From positions 170,830-234,829 of the forward strand of contig JAFSRI010000053.1 of assembly GCA_017446155.1 (NCBI GenBank): 64,000 nt of DNA, in the 5' to 3' direction. The notes under the pieces were generated by a model, which saw only the letters and a list, made by a program, of their open reading frames with translations, did not search any database and was not told where the DNA came from. This DNA comes from Clostridia bacterium (GTDB lineage Bacteria; Bacillota; Clostridia; Oscillospirales; CAG-272). Positions 38,473 to 48,415 of the stretch are shown here, in pieces; position 1 is the first letter of the stretch; each line of letters starts with the position of its first letter. A program made the translations under genes and the position numbers.

Positions 38473-38592
38473 CGCGCCGAGCCGGCCGCACCGCAGGTGC
38501 GGCGCGCGGGGGAGACGCGAAAAAGAGATGATTTACCGTAAATAATCGCTCTCCCCCGCTTGAAAAAGCGGAGCTTTTTCAGGCTCGGCGCG
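38473..38592. other. GC-rich four-helix-junction palindromic element, copy E2
   Basis: P1 pairs 38473-38483 with 38582-38592 (11 bp). Hairpin a is 38485-38503 (7 bp). Stem b pairs 38506-38515 with 38550-38559 (10 bp) and extends by 4 bp (38517-38520 with 38546-38549), enclosing an A-rich loop. Hairpin c is 38561-38581 (9 bp, GGA loop) and abuts the P1 3' strand. Helix order and junction spacing match E1. Confidence 0.55.
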
Positions 38593-38637
38593 TAAACAAA
38601 TAAAAAAATTTTACATATATTTCAGGAGGGAAAAACA

Positions 38638-39942
38638 ATGAAATACGACAACGGCAAGATTAAATTTGAAGGAAAGAATAGTAAAAACCCGTTTGCTTTC
38701 CATTATTATGACGCGGAAAGAGTCATAGGCGGAAAGAAAATGAAAGACCATCTCAAATTTGCCATGAGTTATTGGCACACAATAAATGCCTGCGGCACGG
38801 ATATGTTCGGCGGAGACACAATGGATAAAAATTTCGGGCTTCCTTACGGTATCGAAAGATATAAAGCAAAGGCGGATTTTGCATTCGATTTTATGCAGAA
38901 GATCGGAATAGAATATTACTGCTTCCACGACGTTGACGTTGCGCCTGAGGGCGAAACTCTTGCCGAAAGCGTAAAAAATCTTGAAATTATGACCGATTAT
39001 CTCCTTGAAAAACAAAAAGCAACGGGAATTAAGCTCCTTTGGGCTACTGCAAATATGTTTGGCGATAAAAAATTCATGGCGGGCGCCGCAACCAGCCCCA
39101 ATGCCGACGTCTTCGCCGTTGCGGCCGGCAAAGTTAAAGCCGGCATTGACGCGGCTATAAAGCTCGGCGCCTCGGGTTATGTTTTCTGGGGAGGAAGAGA
39201 AGGGTATGACACACTGCTGAATACCGATATGGGCCTTGAACTCGATAACCTCGCGCGGTTGCTTACCCTTGCGCGCGACTACGGTCGTGCAAACGGCTTC
39301 AAGGGCGACTTTTACATCGAGCCGAAACCGAAGGAACCGACAAAACATCAGTATGATTTTGACGCGGCGACCTGTGCAAACTTTTTGCGTAAATATAATC
39401 TCACCGACGATTTCAGACTCAATATAGAAGCTAACCACGCAACGCTTGCCGGACACACCTTCCAGCATGAACTCAGGGTGGCGCGCGTGAACGGACTTTT
39501 CGGCAGCATCGACGCAAACCAAGGCGATCTGCTCCTTGGCTGGGATACAGACCAGTTCCCGACAAACGTATATGAAACGACTATGTGCATGTATGAAGTG
39601 TTAAAAGAGGGCGGTTTTATAAACGGCGGACTCAACTTTGATGCAAAGGCGCGCCGTCAATCCAATACTTTTGAGGATATAGTTCTTGCATATATCGCCG
39701 GAATGGATTCTTTCGCGCTCGGGCTTATAAAAGCCGACGAACTTATACGCGACGGACGAATCGACGAATTTGTAAAAGACAGATATTCGTCATATGAAAG
39801 CGGCGTAGGCAAACGTATCGTCGAAGGCAAAGAAACGCTTGAAAGCCTTGCGGAATATGCGTCCGATCTCAAAGACGTCAAAGCTGAAAGCGGCAGACAG
39901 GAATATCTTGAAACCGTGATCAACGATATTATGTTCGGCTGA
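38638..39942 (+). CDS. xylA: Xylose isomerase
   Basis: 434 aa with classic class II XylA sequence ([48 protein letters not shown]). Confidence 0.95.
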   Translation: MKYDNGKIKFEGKNSKNPFAFHYYDAERVIGGKKMKDHLKFAMSYWHTINACGTDMFGGDTMDKNFGLPYGIERYKAKADFAFDFMQKIGIEYYCFHDVDVAPEGETLAESVKNLEIMTDYLLEKQKATGIKLLWATANMFGDKKFMAGAATSPNADVFAVAAGKVKAGIDAAIKLGASGYVFWGGREGYDTLLNTDMGLELDNLARLLTLARDYGRANGFKGDFYIEPKPKEPTKHQYDFDAATCANFLRKYNLTDDFRLNIEANHATLAGHTFQHELRVARVNGLFGSIDANQGDLLLGWDTDQFPTNVYETTMCMYEVLKEGGFINGGLNFDAKARRQSNTFEDIVLAYIAGMDSFALGLIKADELIRDGRIDEFVKDRYSSYESGVGKRIVEGKETLESLAEYASDLKDVKAESGRQEYLETVINDIMFG

Positions 39943-39956
39943 TAAATAATAAAGCA

Positions 39957-40006
39957 AGGCAAGCTTGCCGCGAAAAAACGCGGCGGGCTTGCCTATATGT
40001 GTTTTT
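39957..40006 (+). terminator. Very stable 16-bp GC-rich stem-loop after xylA (terminator or RNA-stabilising hairpin)
   Basis: aggcaagcttgccgcg-aaaaaa-cgcggcgggcttgcct. The T-run (40002-40006) begins 7 nt after the stem, which is atypical spacing. Confidence 0.55.
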
Positions 40007-40040
40007 AAGAATTATTCTGTAATCCGAGGGAGGAGAAAAC

Positions 40041-42143
40041 ATGACACATAATGAAGCAAAAAAACGAGCAAAGGCGCTCGTTTCACAAATGACGGTAGAA
40101 GAAAAGGCGTCGCAGTTGATATACAATTCACCGGCGATAGAACGGCTGGGAATTCACGAATACAACTGGTGGAACGAGGGTTCGCACGGCGTTGCCAGAG
40201 CCGGAACGGCTACGGTTTTTCCTCATGCGATAGCGCTTGCCGCAACATTCGACCCTGAGGGAGTAAGAAAAGTAGCTGACATAATATCCACCGAGGCGAG
40301 AGTAAAATACAACAGTCACGTCAAATACAACGACTATGACATATATAAGGGGCTTACGTTCTGGACTCCGAATATAAACATATTCCGCGATCCTCGCTGG
40401 GGAAGAGGTCAGGAGACGTTCGGCGAAGATCCGTTCCTTACGTCCACCCTCGGCGTTCAGTATGTAAAGGGGCTTCAAGGCGATGGAGAATTCCTTAAAA
40501 CATCGTCCTGTTCAAAACATTTCGCGGCTCATTCCGGTCCCGAGGCGCAAAGACATTGCTTCAATGCGGAAGTGGATATGCACGACCTTTGGGAAACGTA
40601 TCTTCCCGCATTTGAAAAAACGGTCGAGGCGGGCGTTTCGGGTGTTATGGGCGCATATAACAGGACCAACGGCGAGCCGTGCTGCGCGCACAGCTATCTT
40701 ATGACCGACGTTCTGCGCGGTAAATGGGGCTTTGACGGATATTTCACTTCCGACTGCTGGGCACTTTCCGATTTTTATAAGGAAACGGGGCACAAAATAG
40801 TTGAAACACGCGAGGAAGCGGCGGCGATGGCGTTGAAAGCGACGTGCGACCTCAACTGTGGAAGCGTCTATGAAAAAATAATGGACGCTTACGAAAGCGA
40901 CCTAATAACAGAAGACGATATCACGGCGGCGGCGGAGAGATTGTTTACAATACGTTTTCTCCTCGGTGAATTTGAGGAAAACAGACCTTTTTCCGATTTG
41001 CCGCACGAGCTTCTCGACTGCGAAGAACACAGAAAGCACAATTTGAAAATGGCGCAAGAGTCAATGGTGCTGCTGAAAAACGAAAAAGGTTTTCTGCCGC
41101 TTTCAGCCGACGTAAAGAAGATCGCCGTCATCGGACCGAACGCCATGTCTATAATCGCGCTTGAAGGGAACTATCACGGTGTTGCGTCGGAATATGTGAC
41201 GGTAGCGGACGGAATTCGTCGGGAGTATCCGAATTCCTCGATAAAAGTCGAGATGGGTTGCAAGATATGCAAGGAAAAGAAAAACGATTATTCCGGCTTC
41301 GGAAATCAGATAAGCGACGGTATAGCAACGGCGGCAGACGCCGATGTAACGGTGCTTTGCCTTGGACTTGACAAGAGCGTCGAGGGCGAGGAGACGGGAA
41401 TTGACGACGACTACACCTGCCAAGGCGATAAAAAGACGCTGTATTTACCTCAAACGCAGATAAAACTTGCGGAAGCGGTATGCGACGTTTGCGAAAACGT
41501 AATTGTCGTCATGCTTTGCGGAAGCGCGATCGATATGGGCGAAAAGCTGAGAAACCATGCAAAGGCGATCATTTACGGCTGGTATCCGGGTGCAGTCGGC
41601 GGACTTGCCGTCGCTCAGCTTATCTCCGGCAAATTTTCGCCTTCCGGAAGACTGCCCGTGACTATCTATTACGGTGACGCCGACATTCCCGATTTTACCG
41701 ACTACTCGATGAAAAACAGAACGTACAGATATTACACCGGCGAGCCGTTGTATCCTTTCGGTTACGGGCTGTCTTATACGTCTTTTGAGTATTCGTCTTT
41801 CACGATAGATTCAAAAGACGAAGAACGTGTAAAAGTGTCGTTTGAACTTGAAAATACAGGCAAAATGAGTGGAATGGAAAAAGCGCAGATATACGCTTCG
41901 TTTACCGACAGCCGAACGCGCACGCCTCGTTTTCAGCTTTGCGGGATAAAGGCGGTGGAACTTGACGCCGGCGAGAAAAAAACCGTTACGGTCGATATAG
42001 ATCGCTATTGGCTGTCCGCCGTGCTTGACAGCGGCGAGAGAGTTAGCCCCGACGGAGAAATAAAACTGTTTGTCGGAGGAAGTCAGCCGGATGAGAGAAG
42101 CGAAGCGCTTACCGGCAAAAAATGCATTGCAATCAAACTTTAA
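40041..42143 (+). CDS. Glycoside hydrolase family 3 protein (beta-glucosidase/beta-xylosidase)
   Basis: 700 aa with GH3 motifs (NIFRDPRWGRGQETFGEDP, KHFAAHSGPE, FTSDCWA). No signal peptide. Confidence 0.85.
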   Translation: MTHNEAKKRAKALVSQMTVEEKASQLIYNSPAIERLGIHEYNWWNEGSHGVARAGTATVFPHAIALAATFDPEGVRKVADIISTEARVKYNSHVKYNDYDIYKGLTFWTPNINIFRDPRWGRGQETFGEDPFLTSTLGVQYVKGLQGDGEFLKTSSCSKHFAAHSGPEAQRHCFNAEVDMHDLWETYLPAFEKTVEAGVSGVMGAYNRTNGEPCCAHSYLMTDVLRGKWGFDGYFTSDCWALSDFYKETGHKIVETREEAAAMALKATCDLNCGSVYEKIMDAYESDLITEDDITAAAERLFTIRFLLGEFEENRPFSDLPHELLDCEEHRKHNLKMAQESMVLLKNEKGFLPLSADVKKIAVIGPNAMSIIALEGNYHGVASEYVTVADGIRREYPNSSIKVEMGCKICKEKKNDYSGFGNQISDGIATAADADVTVLCLGLDKSVEGEETGIDDDYTCQGDKKTLYLPQTQIKLAEAVCDVCENVIVVMLCGSAIDMGEKLRNHAKAIIYGWYPGAVGGLAVAQLISGKFSPSGRLPVTIYYGDADIPDFTDYSMKNRTYRYYTGEPLYPFGYGLSYTSFEYSSFTIDSKDEERVKVSFELENTGKMSGMEKAQIYASFTDSRTRTPRFQLCGIKAVELDAGEKKTVTVDIDRYWLSAVLDSGERVSPDGEIKLFVGGSQPDERSEALTGKKCIAIKL

Positions 42144-42308
42144 AAAGATATAAATTCTCGGCATGAAGTTTTTTATGATAGCAAAGCTTACATAAGCAAG
42201 AAAAGCAAGTGAGCACAATAAAAAAGAACGAAATAAAAGCGCTTAGTTGATTAAAAAAGTCATCTATCTGCAAAAAACGGGCAAATACTTTCTGAAAGGA
42301 AAAAATCT

Positions 42309-43769
42309 ATGAATTATTATATAGGCATTGACCTCGGCACAAGCTCATGTAAGGGAATCCTCACCGACTCAAAGGCGAAAATCATTAAAATCGCGTCGAG
42401 AGAATATGACGTGATCTATCCTCATTCGGGGTGGAGTGAACAAAATCCGGAAGATTGGCTGAAAGCCGTAAATGAAATTCTTGCGGAGCTTTCCGAGGGA
42501 ATCGAGGACGACGTGCGCGGAATATCGTTCGGCGGGCAGATGCACGGGCTTGTGTTGCTCGACGATAAAGACGAGGTCATTCGTCCCGCGATTTTGTGGA
42601 ACGATGGCAGAACGGGCAAAGAAACGGAGTATTTGAACACCGTTGTCGGAAAAGAAAAACTTTCGGAATACACGGCGAATATTGCGTTTGCGGGCTTTAC
42701 CGCGCCGAAAATCCTTTGGGTAAAGGAAAACGAACCGGAAAACTTCAATAAAATCAGAAAGATATGCTTGCCGAAAGATTATATCGCGTATAAACTGACC
42801 GGCGTTTTCTCGACTGATTATTCGGACGCGAGCGGAATGCTGCTGCTTGACGTAAAGAACAAATGCTGGTCTAATGAAATGTGTGAAATCTGCTCGGTAA
42901 AAAAGGAGTGGCTGCCGAAGCTATATGAAAGCTGGCAGGTGACAGGCAAACCGAAAGCCGAATACGGTCTTAAAAACGCGGTTGTCACAGCGGGCGCGGG
43001 CGACAACGCCGCGGCGGCTGTCGGAACGGGAACCGTTGGCATAGGAGATTGCAACATTTCGCTTGGAACAAGCGGAACGGTTTTTATCTCGCAGGAAGGC
43101 TTTTCTGTCGATAAAAACAACGCGCTCCACTCGTTTGCCCACGCAAACGGAAAGTGGCATCTTATGGGGTGCATTCTTTCCGCCGCAAGCTGCAACAAAT
43201 GGTGGATAGAGGACATATTGCGTTCCGACGATTACGACGGCGCCGTAAGCGACGCGGGGCTTGGCGAAAATAACGTGTGGTTTTTGCCTTATCTCATGGG
43301 CGAACGTTCGCCGCATAACGACGTTGACGCTCGCGGGGTTTTCTTCGGAATGAGCGCCGACACGACGCGCGAACAGATGAGCACGGCTGTACTTGAAGGC
43401 GTTAGCTTTGCGCTCCGTGACTGTGTTGATACAGCGCGCGAGAGCGGGGTATCGATCAACCGTGCAAACCTTTGCGGCGGCGGAGCGAAAAGCAAGTTGT
43501 GGCGCAAGATATTGGCAAACGTGCTCGACTGCGAGATAACGATGACCGAAAGCGAACAAGGGCCGTCGCTCGGCGCGGCGATACTTTCGATGGTGGGCGC
43601 AGGCGAGTATGCAACCGTAGAGGACGCGGTGGAAGCGACGGTGAATGCTTCTGTCGTGTCAAAGCCGGACGACGCGCTTGTTGCAAAATATAATGAAAAA
43701 TACAAAGTGTTCAAGGCGCTTTATCCCGCTCTTAAAGACGTTTACAAAAAAGCGGCGGAGAAAATATAA
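42309..43769 (+). CDS. xylB: Xylulokinase
   Basis: 486 aa FGGY kinase (YIGIDLGTSSCK, GAGDNAAAAVG, GGGAKS). It lies next to xylA. Confidence 0.9.
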   Translation: MNYYIGIDLGTSSCKGILTDSKAKIIKIASREYDVIYPHSGWSEQNPEDWLKAVNEILAELSEGIEDDVRGISFGGQMHGLVLLDDKDEVIRPAILWNDGRTGKETEYLNTVVGKEKLSEYTANIAFAGFTAPKILWVKENEPENFNKIRKICLPKDYIAYKLTGVFSTDYSDASGMLLLDVKNKCWSNEMCEICSVKKEWLPKLYESWQVTGKPKAEYGLKNAVVTAGAGDNAAAAVGTGTVGIGDCNISLGTSGTVFISQEGFSVDKNNALHSFAHANGKWHLMGCILSAASCNKWWIEDILRSDDYDGAVSDAGLGENNVWFLPYLMGERSPHNDVDARGVFFGMSADTTREQMSTAVLEGVSFALRDCVDTARESGVSINRANLCGGGAKSKLWRKILANVLDCEITMTESEQGPSLGAAILSMVGAGEYATVEDAVEATVNASVVSKPDDALVAKYNEKYKVFKALYPALKDVYKKAAEKI

Positions 43770-43834
43770 AATTGTTATAAACATAAATATGGTCAAAGGC
43801 AACGACCCAAATATTTTCAAACGAGGGCAAAACA

Positions 43835-44863
43835 ATGTTAAAGCATACAATGGCAAAATTGCTTAAAAAAGAAAAACTCACCGTGGCATATTTCGGCGGT
43901 TCGATAACTCAGGGCGCGGGCGCGTCCGACTATAAGTATTGTTGGAGGAGCCTTACGACCGAGTGGTTTAAGAGGGCATATCCTGAAAGCGAAACGGTTG
44001 AGATAGACGCCTCTATCGGCGGCACCGGTTCTGAGCTTGGCGAGTTCAGAGAGGACAACGACGTGTTGAAATATTCCCCGGACCTTGTGTTCATCGAATT
44101 TGCAACAAATGACAGTGCGGGCGACGGACACCTTCGCGACGAGGAAACGCTGATACGTAAGATAATAAAGCACGACCCCGAAACGGATATCGTGCTTGTA
44201 AAAACGATAACGGAGCGTATGTATGAGAGGCTTAAAGCCGGCGAAAAGATAGAAAGTTATGATAACTATGAAAAAATGAAAGAATACTATTCGTTGCCGA
44301 TGCTCGATCTCGGCGCCGAGTTTATAGCGCGTATTGAGCGCGGCGAGGGGGATTTTTTGACGTATACCAAAGACCGCGTTCATCCAAACGATTACGGCTA
44401 TTCGATTTATTTTGAAGCAGTAAAGAAGTTTCTTGTTGAAAATCTTTCATACCCCGCTGCTTTGACTGACGAAAAATATCTAAACGCACATATGCTCGAC
44501 GCAAGAGAGAATGGTAAAACCGATTTTGAAAAGAGCAACGAAGTGTTCCGACAAATGAACGGGTTTATACATGCGTCGGAAAAGGGGAAGAGTGTCACGC
44601 TCGACTTTGTGGGAACGACGATAGGCGTGATGTATCGCGTGGGATACGACAACGGCGATTTTGAATGGAACATAGACGGGGGCGAGTATACACGCGTGCG
44701 CTGCTGGGACGATTACGCCCTGACGTTCAACCGCGTAAGCTACGTCATTTGCTCCGATTCACTCGAATACGGAGAACACACGCTGAATATCCGTGTGCTC
44801 GGTGAAAAAGACGAGCGTTCAACGGGGACGAATATCGTTATTTCATCATTTCTCGTCGGATGA
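43835..44863 (+). CDS. SGNH/GDSL family hydrolase (probable carbohydrate esterase)
   Basis: Block I FGGSITQG, and blocks containing ATND and DRVHPN. Confidence 0.7.
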   Translation: MLKHTMAKLLKKEKLTVAYFGGSITQGAGASDYKYCWRSLTTEWFKRAYPESETVEIDASIGGTGSELGEFREDNDVLKYSPDLVFIEFATNDSAGDGHLRDEETLIRKIIKHDPETDIVLVKTITERMYERLKAGEKIESYDNYEKMKEYYSLPMLDLGAEFIARIERGEGDFLTYTKDRVHPNDYGYSIYFEAVKKFLVENLSYPAALTDEKYLNAHMLDARENGKTDFEKSNEVFRQMNGFIHASEKGKSVTLDFVGTTIGVMYRVGYDNGDFEWNIDGGEYTRVRCWDDYALTFNRVSYVICSDSLEYGEHTLNIRVLGEKDERSTGTNIVISSFLVG

Positions 44864-45035
44864 TTTCCTACAAAGAAAAATCATAATTCAAGCCGAAAAG
44901 AACGAAGGAGATAATCTGAAAACGGCATTTGAAAAACGTCGAACGTATATAAAAAACATACGCATTTGCTTTAATTGTTTCATAAACATTTCGTCGCGAC
45001 GATTTATTTTAAAGCAGGGTTTGAGGTGAAAACAA

Positions 45036-45782
45036 ATGGAATATATAAAGGTTACAAAAGAAAATTTGGCAAACGAACATATCTGTTGCGCAATATCGAA
45101 CAACAACGACGTGCAGGTTTCGTCGAAAAAAGCGTGGCTTTCGGAACGGTTTGACGACGGGCTTGTATTTTTGAAAAGCGTTGAACGCGGAAAATGCTTT
45201 ATAGAATATATCCCGGCCGAGAATGCGTGGAATCCGATAGACGCGGATGGGTATACTTATATAAATTGCCTGTGGGTTTCGGGATCGCTTAAAGGTCACG
45301 GATATTCAAATGATTTGCTCGGAGAGTGTATAAAAGACAGCAAAGAAAAAGGAAGAAAAGGGTTGTGCATCCTTTCTTCGTTTAAGAAAAAGCCGTTCAT
45401 CGCCGATCCGAAATATTTGAAATACAAGGGGTTTGAAGTGTGTGATGAGGCGGATAACGGGATCCAACTGTGGTATTTGCCGTTTGAAAAAGACGCGGCA
45501 AAACCTCGCTTTAAGGAGTGTGCGAAGCATCCGCATATTGAAAATCGCGGATACGTTCTTTTTTATACAAGTCAATGCCCGTTCAACGGCAAATATGTTC
45601 CGATAATCGAACAAACGGCCAAAGAACACGAAATACCTTTTGAAGCAATACACATCTTAACCAAAGACGACGCTCGCAACGCTCCGACGCCGATTACGAC
45701 ATACGCATTGTTTTATAATGGCGAGTACGTCACAAACGAACAGATGAACGAGGCTAAATTTTTGAAGCTCGCGCAAAAATAA
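45036..45782 (+). CDS. GNAT-type N-acetyltransferase with YoaP-like C-terminal domain
   Basis: 248 aa with LWVSGSLKGHGYSNDLL, a GNAT-like acetyl-CoA loop. The YoaP similarity is from memory only. Confidence 0.5.
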   Translation: MEYIKVTKENLANEHICCAISNNNDVQVSSKKAWLSERFDDGLVFLKSVERGKCFIEYIPAENAWNPIDADGYTYINCLWVSGSLKGHGYSNDLLGECIKDSKEKGRKGLCILSSFKKKPFIADPKYLKYKGFEVCDEADNGIQLWYLPFEKDAAKPRFKECAKHPHIENRGYVLFYTSQCPFNGKYVPIIEQTAKEHEIPFEAIHILTKDDARNAPTPITTYALFYNGEYVTNEQMNEAKFLKLAQK

Positions 45783-45990
45783 AAACCGAAACATTCACAG
45801 CTTGTTTTATCGGCGCTCATATTTTGTAATAAATTGCGGATTTTATCAAATAAAAATCAATCTGAAAAAGTCTGTCGATTATATATTCTCGCATTTTTGA
45901 CTGAAAATTGGATTTGACTTGGTAAAACGGCGCAGACGAACAAAAATCAATGTTTTTTATAAAAAATGAAGTATTTGAAAGGGAAAGCAC

Positions 45991-47247
45991 ATGAAAACAG
46001 CTCCGACAGAAAAACAAAAAAGATTTATGGATTGGGAATTCGGCGTGTTTTTTCACTTCGGAATACGAACGTTCAACCACGGTCATAGGGACTGGGACGG
46101 AAAAGAAATGAAAGCTGAAACATTTTATCCGACAGAGCTTGACTGCTCTCAATGGATACGCGAGGTAAAAGAAGCGGGCGCAAAATATGCCGTGATGACG
46201 ACAAAACATCACGACGGGTTTGCTTTGTGGCCGTCGAAATATACCGAATATTCGGTGAAAGCATCGCCGTGGAAGGACGGAAAAGGCGACGTTGTGCGCG
46301 AATTTACCGACGCATGCCGCAAGGATGGGCTTGCCGTCGGACTTTACTATTCTCCCGCGCAATGGGGCGAGAGCGCCGTTGTATTTGAAAAGGAAAAAGA
46401 ATACGACGATTATTTTATAAATCAAATAACGGAACTGCTGACCAATTACGGCAAGATAGATTATTTGTGGTTTGACGGGTGCGGCTCGGGCGATCATAAA
46501 TACGATAAAAAGCGCATAATTAACGTTATTCGCACGCTTCAACCGGATATTATCATTTTCGGAATGTGGGATCCTGACTCGGCGTGGGTAGGCAACGAGG
46601 ACGGCTATGCCCCAATGGATAACACGTCAATACAAGAGCTCGATATTCTCGACGAAAGAAAGACGGTTTTCGTGCCGCTTGAATGCGATTGCAGAATACG
46701 CGGACATTGGTTCTATGATTTGGACGTGCATACGCTGAAAAGTGTTGACGAGCTTGTGGGTATGTATGAAATGTCAGTTGGGCGCGGCGCGAATTTGCTA
46801 CTCAACATCGGCCCTGACGACCGCGGCCTTCTGCCGGAAACAGATGTAAGGCGGCTGAAAGAAATGTTCTTTGAGATAAACAGGCGCTATTGCGTTCCGC
46901 TTCCGTTCGACAAAATGAAAAAAGAGAGCGGAACGGAATATTCCATCTCTTATTCCGACAGATACCTGAACGATGTTTTAAGGGACACGGATTATATCCC
47001 GCTTTGCCGAAGCGTTGTGATAAAAGAGAATATTTCGCGCGGGGTAGCTTCGAGAAAGTTCAAAGTTTGGGCGCACATACCGTCGAGAAATCCCATCTCC
47101 GACAAGAAAATCTGCGTGTATATAGGGGAAACTATCGGCCGAAAACGCATTGTGCGTTTTCCCGCCATGCGAACGCCGAAAATAACGCTTGAAATTCTTG
47201 AAACTGACGGCGAATGTTTGATAGAAGAGATGAAAGCGTTTGAATAA
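45991..47247 (+). CDS. Alpha-L-fucosidase (GH29)
   Basis: WEFGVFFHFG, KYAVMTTKHHDGFALWPSK and DYLWFDG motifs. No signal peptide. Confidence 0.85.
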   Translation: MKTAPTEKQKRFMDWEFGVFFHFGIRTFNHGHRDWDGKEMKAETFYPTELDCSQWIREVKEAGAKYAVMTTKHHDGFALWPSKYTEYSVKASPWKDGKGDVVREFTDACRKDGLAVGLYYSPAQWGESAVVFEKEKEYDDYFINQITELLTNYGKIDYLWFDGCGSGDHKYDKKRIINVIRTLQPDIIIFGMWDPDSAWVGNEDGYAPMDNTSIQELDILDERKTVFVPLECDCRIRGHWFYDLDVHTLKSVDELVGMYEMSVGRGANLLLNIGPDDRGLLPETDVRRLKEMFFEINRRYCVPLPFDKMKKESGTEYSISYSDRYLNDVLRDTDYIPLCRSVVIKENISRGVASRKFKVWAHIPSRNPISDKKICVYIGETIGRKRIVRFPAMRTPKITLEILETDGECLIEEMKAFE

Positions 47248-47497
47248 AACAAATATTGCTTTGCGAAGTTTTTTCCGGACGCATTATAAAGCCGAAAAGT
47301 TATGCTCACAATGCTGAAAAAGTGAGAAAAACCGCGAATCGCGATGGAAAGATTGAAATATTCTTCTGCTGTGGTTTTTGGCTTAATCGAAATTGACGAA
47401 GAAACCCGATATAGTAATCTCCGAAAGCATAAAGCCGCGTGTAAAACCGTGAAGAAAAGCAATATAGAAAAACAAGGCGGAAAAAATCCGTCTTGTT

Positions 47498-48415
47498 TTA
47501 TTTATACAGTTCGATCGTTCGTTTTATAAGCTCGGCTTGAAGCTCGTCTTTAACGTCGGCATACTTGTTGTAATTTGCAAAGGCTTTTTTAAAATCGCGC
47601 TTTTCGTTTTTCGCCATTTTGTTAAGCTGCGCCTTGCGATAGGGAAGCGAATGCGATTCTTTATATTGCCAGCCGGTATAATTTCGTTCAATAAACATTA
47701 TATCGCGCAATATATCCTCGATTTCAAACCGTTTTGCGTTTTTATCGGATATGATGCATTCTTTTTCGGGTTCGATCTTCTCTTTTGCGCCGATGTCGAA
47801 AAGAAATTTTTCAGCCATCAAATGATAACCGTATTTATTAGGGTGAGTTCTGTCGTCGCAAAGCGGCTTTTCGCTTAGATGACGAAGAAGCATCCGGCGC
47901 ATATCGACGAGAAGCAATCCGTTTTCTTCGGAAATTTGCTTTGCCGTCGATGAAAAATCTTCAAGCACACGGTCTATTCCCCATGAAACCGACTCGTATT
48001 CGCCGTATTCGTTAAACGGCGTGGGAGTGCAGATTATCGGAGTTATATCTCTTTCGCGGCAAATGTCGATGAGGTTTTTAAGCGTGTTTCGATAACCTTC
48101 GGCGCGCTGTTTTCTGCGTTCTATTCGCTCGGGGGTTTCGAGGGCAGGGTCGTAAAGCCATTTGCCGACGTCGTTCATTCCGAACATTATTACCGCATAC
48201 TGCGGAAAATAATTTAAAAAATCGGCATAAAGGCGGTTTTTAAGATTTGCCTCAAAACCTGTCGTGCCGGAAATACCGCAGTTGTAAAACTCAATTTCAA
48301 GTTCGCGGTAATTGTTCAAAAAATATTCGATTATCTCTGCTTCCCAAAAACCGTGCGCGGTTATACTGTCGCCGAGAAAGCACACACGGTCGTGTTTTTT
48401 AAAGGCTATCTTCAT
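47498..48415 (-). CDS. SGNH/GDSL family hydrolase
   Basis: FLGDSIT (block I), GMND (block III) and DRTHPN (block V). It overlaps the upstream SIS gene by 4 nt. Confidence 0.75.
   Translation of the reverse strand: MKIAFKKHDRVCFLGDSITAHGFWEAEIIEYFLNNYRELEIEFYNCGISGTTGFEANLKNRLYADFLNYFPQYAVIMFGMNDVGKWLYDPALETPERIERRKQRAEGYRNTLKNLIDICRERDITPIICTPTPFNEYGEYESVSWGIDRVLEDFSSTAKQISEENGLLLVDMRRMLLRHLSEKPLCDDRTHPNKYGYHLMAEKFLFDIGAKEKIEPEKECIISDKNAKRFEIEDILRDIMFIERNYTGWQYKESHSLPYRKAQLNKMAKNEKRDFKKAFANYNKYADVKDELQAELIKRTIELYK

Noticed and set aside
35625-38592. Reading E1 and E2 as integron attC sites or MITE ends bracketing a GH31 cassette.
   Set aside because: There are no GTTRRRY/RYYYAAC core sites, no terminal inverted repeats shared between the two, no target-site duplication that I could see, and no integrase or transposase in the window. 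attC sites fold as single imperfect hairpins, not four-way junctions.
38473-38592. Reading E2 as the intrinsic terminator of the GH31 gene.
   Set aside because: It is followed by an A-rich tract, not a U-rich one, on the coding strand. xylA has no obvious promoter of its own, so read-through is needed.
38611-39522. 303-aa minus-strand ORF, one of many long ORFs in the track that lie antisense to strong genes. Others include 5594-6307, 28082-28876, 36482-37288, 37688-38491, 45817-46542, 50586-51404, 59645-60427 and 60512-61705.
   Set aside because: Each lies entirely inside a gene whose product has clear family motifs (xylA, HAD, thrS, GH31, GH29, the 569-aa gene, feoB). Their translations are low-complexity and rich in R, F, H and C. 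They have no SD sequence. These are typical shadow ORFs.
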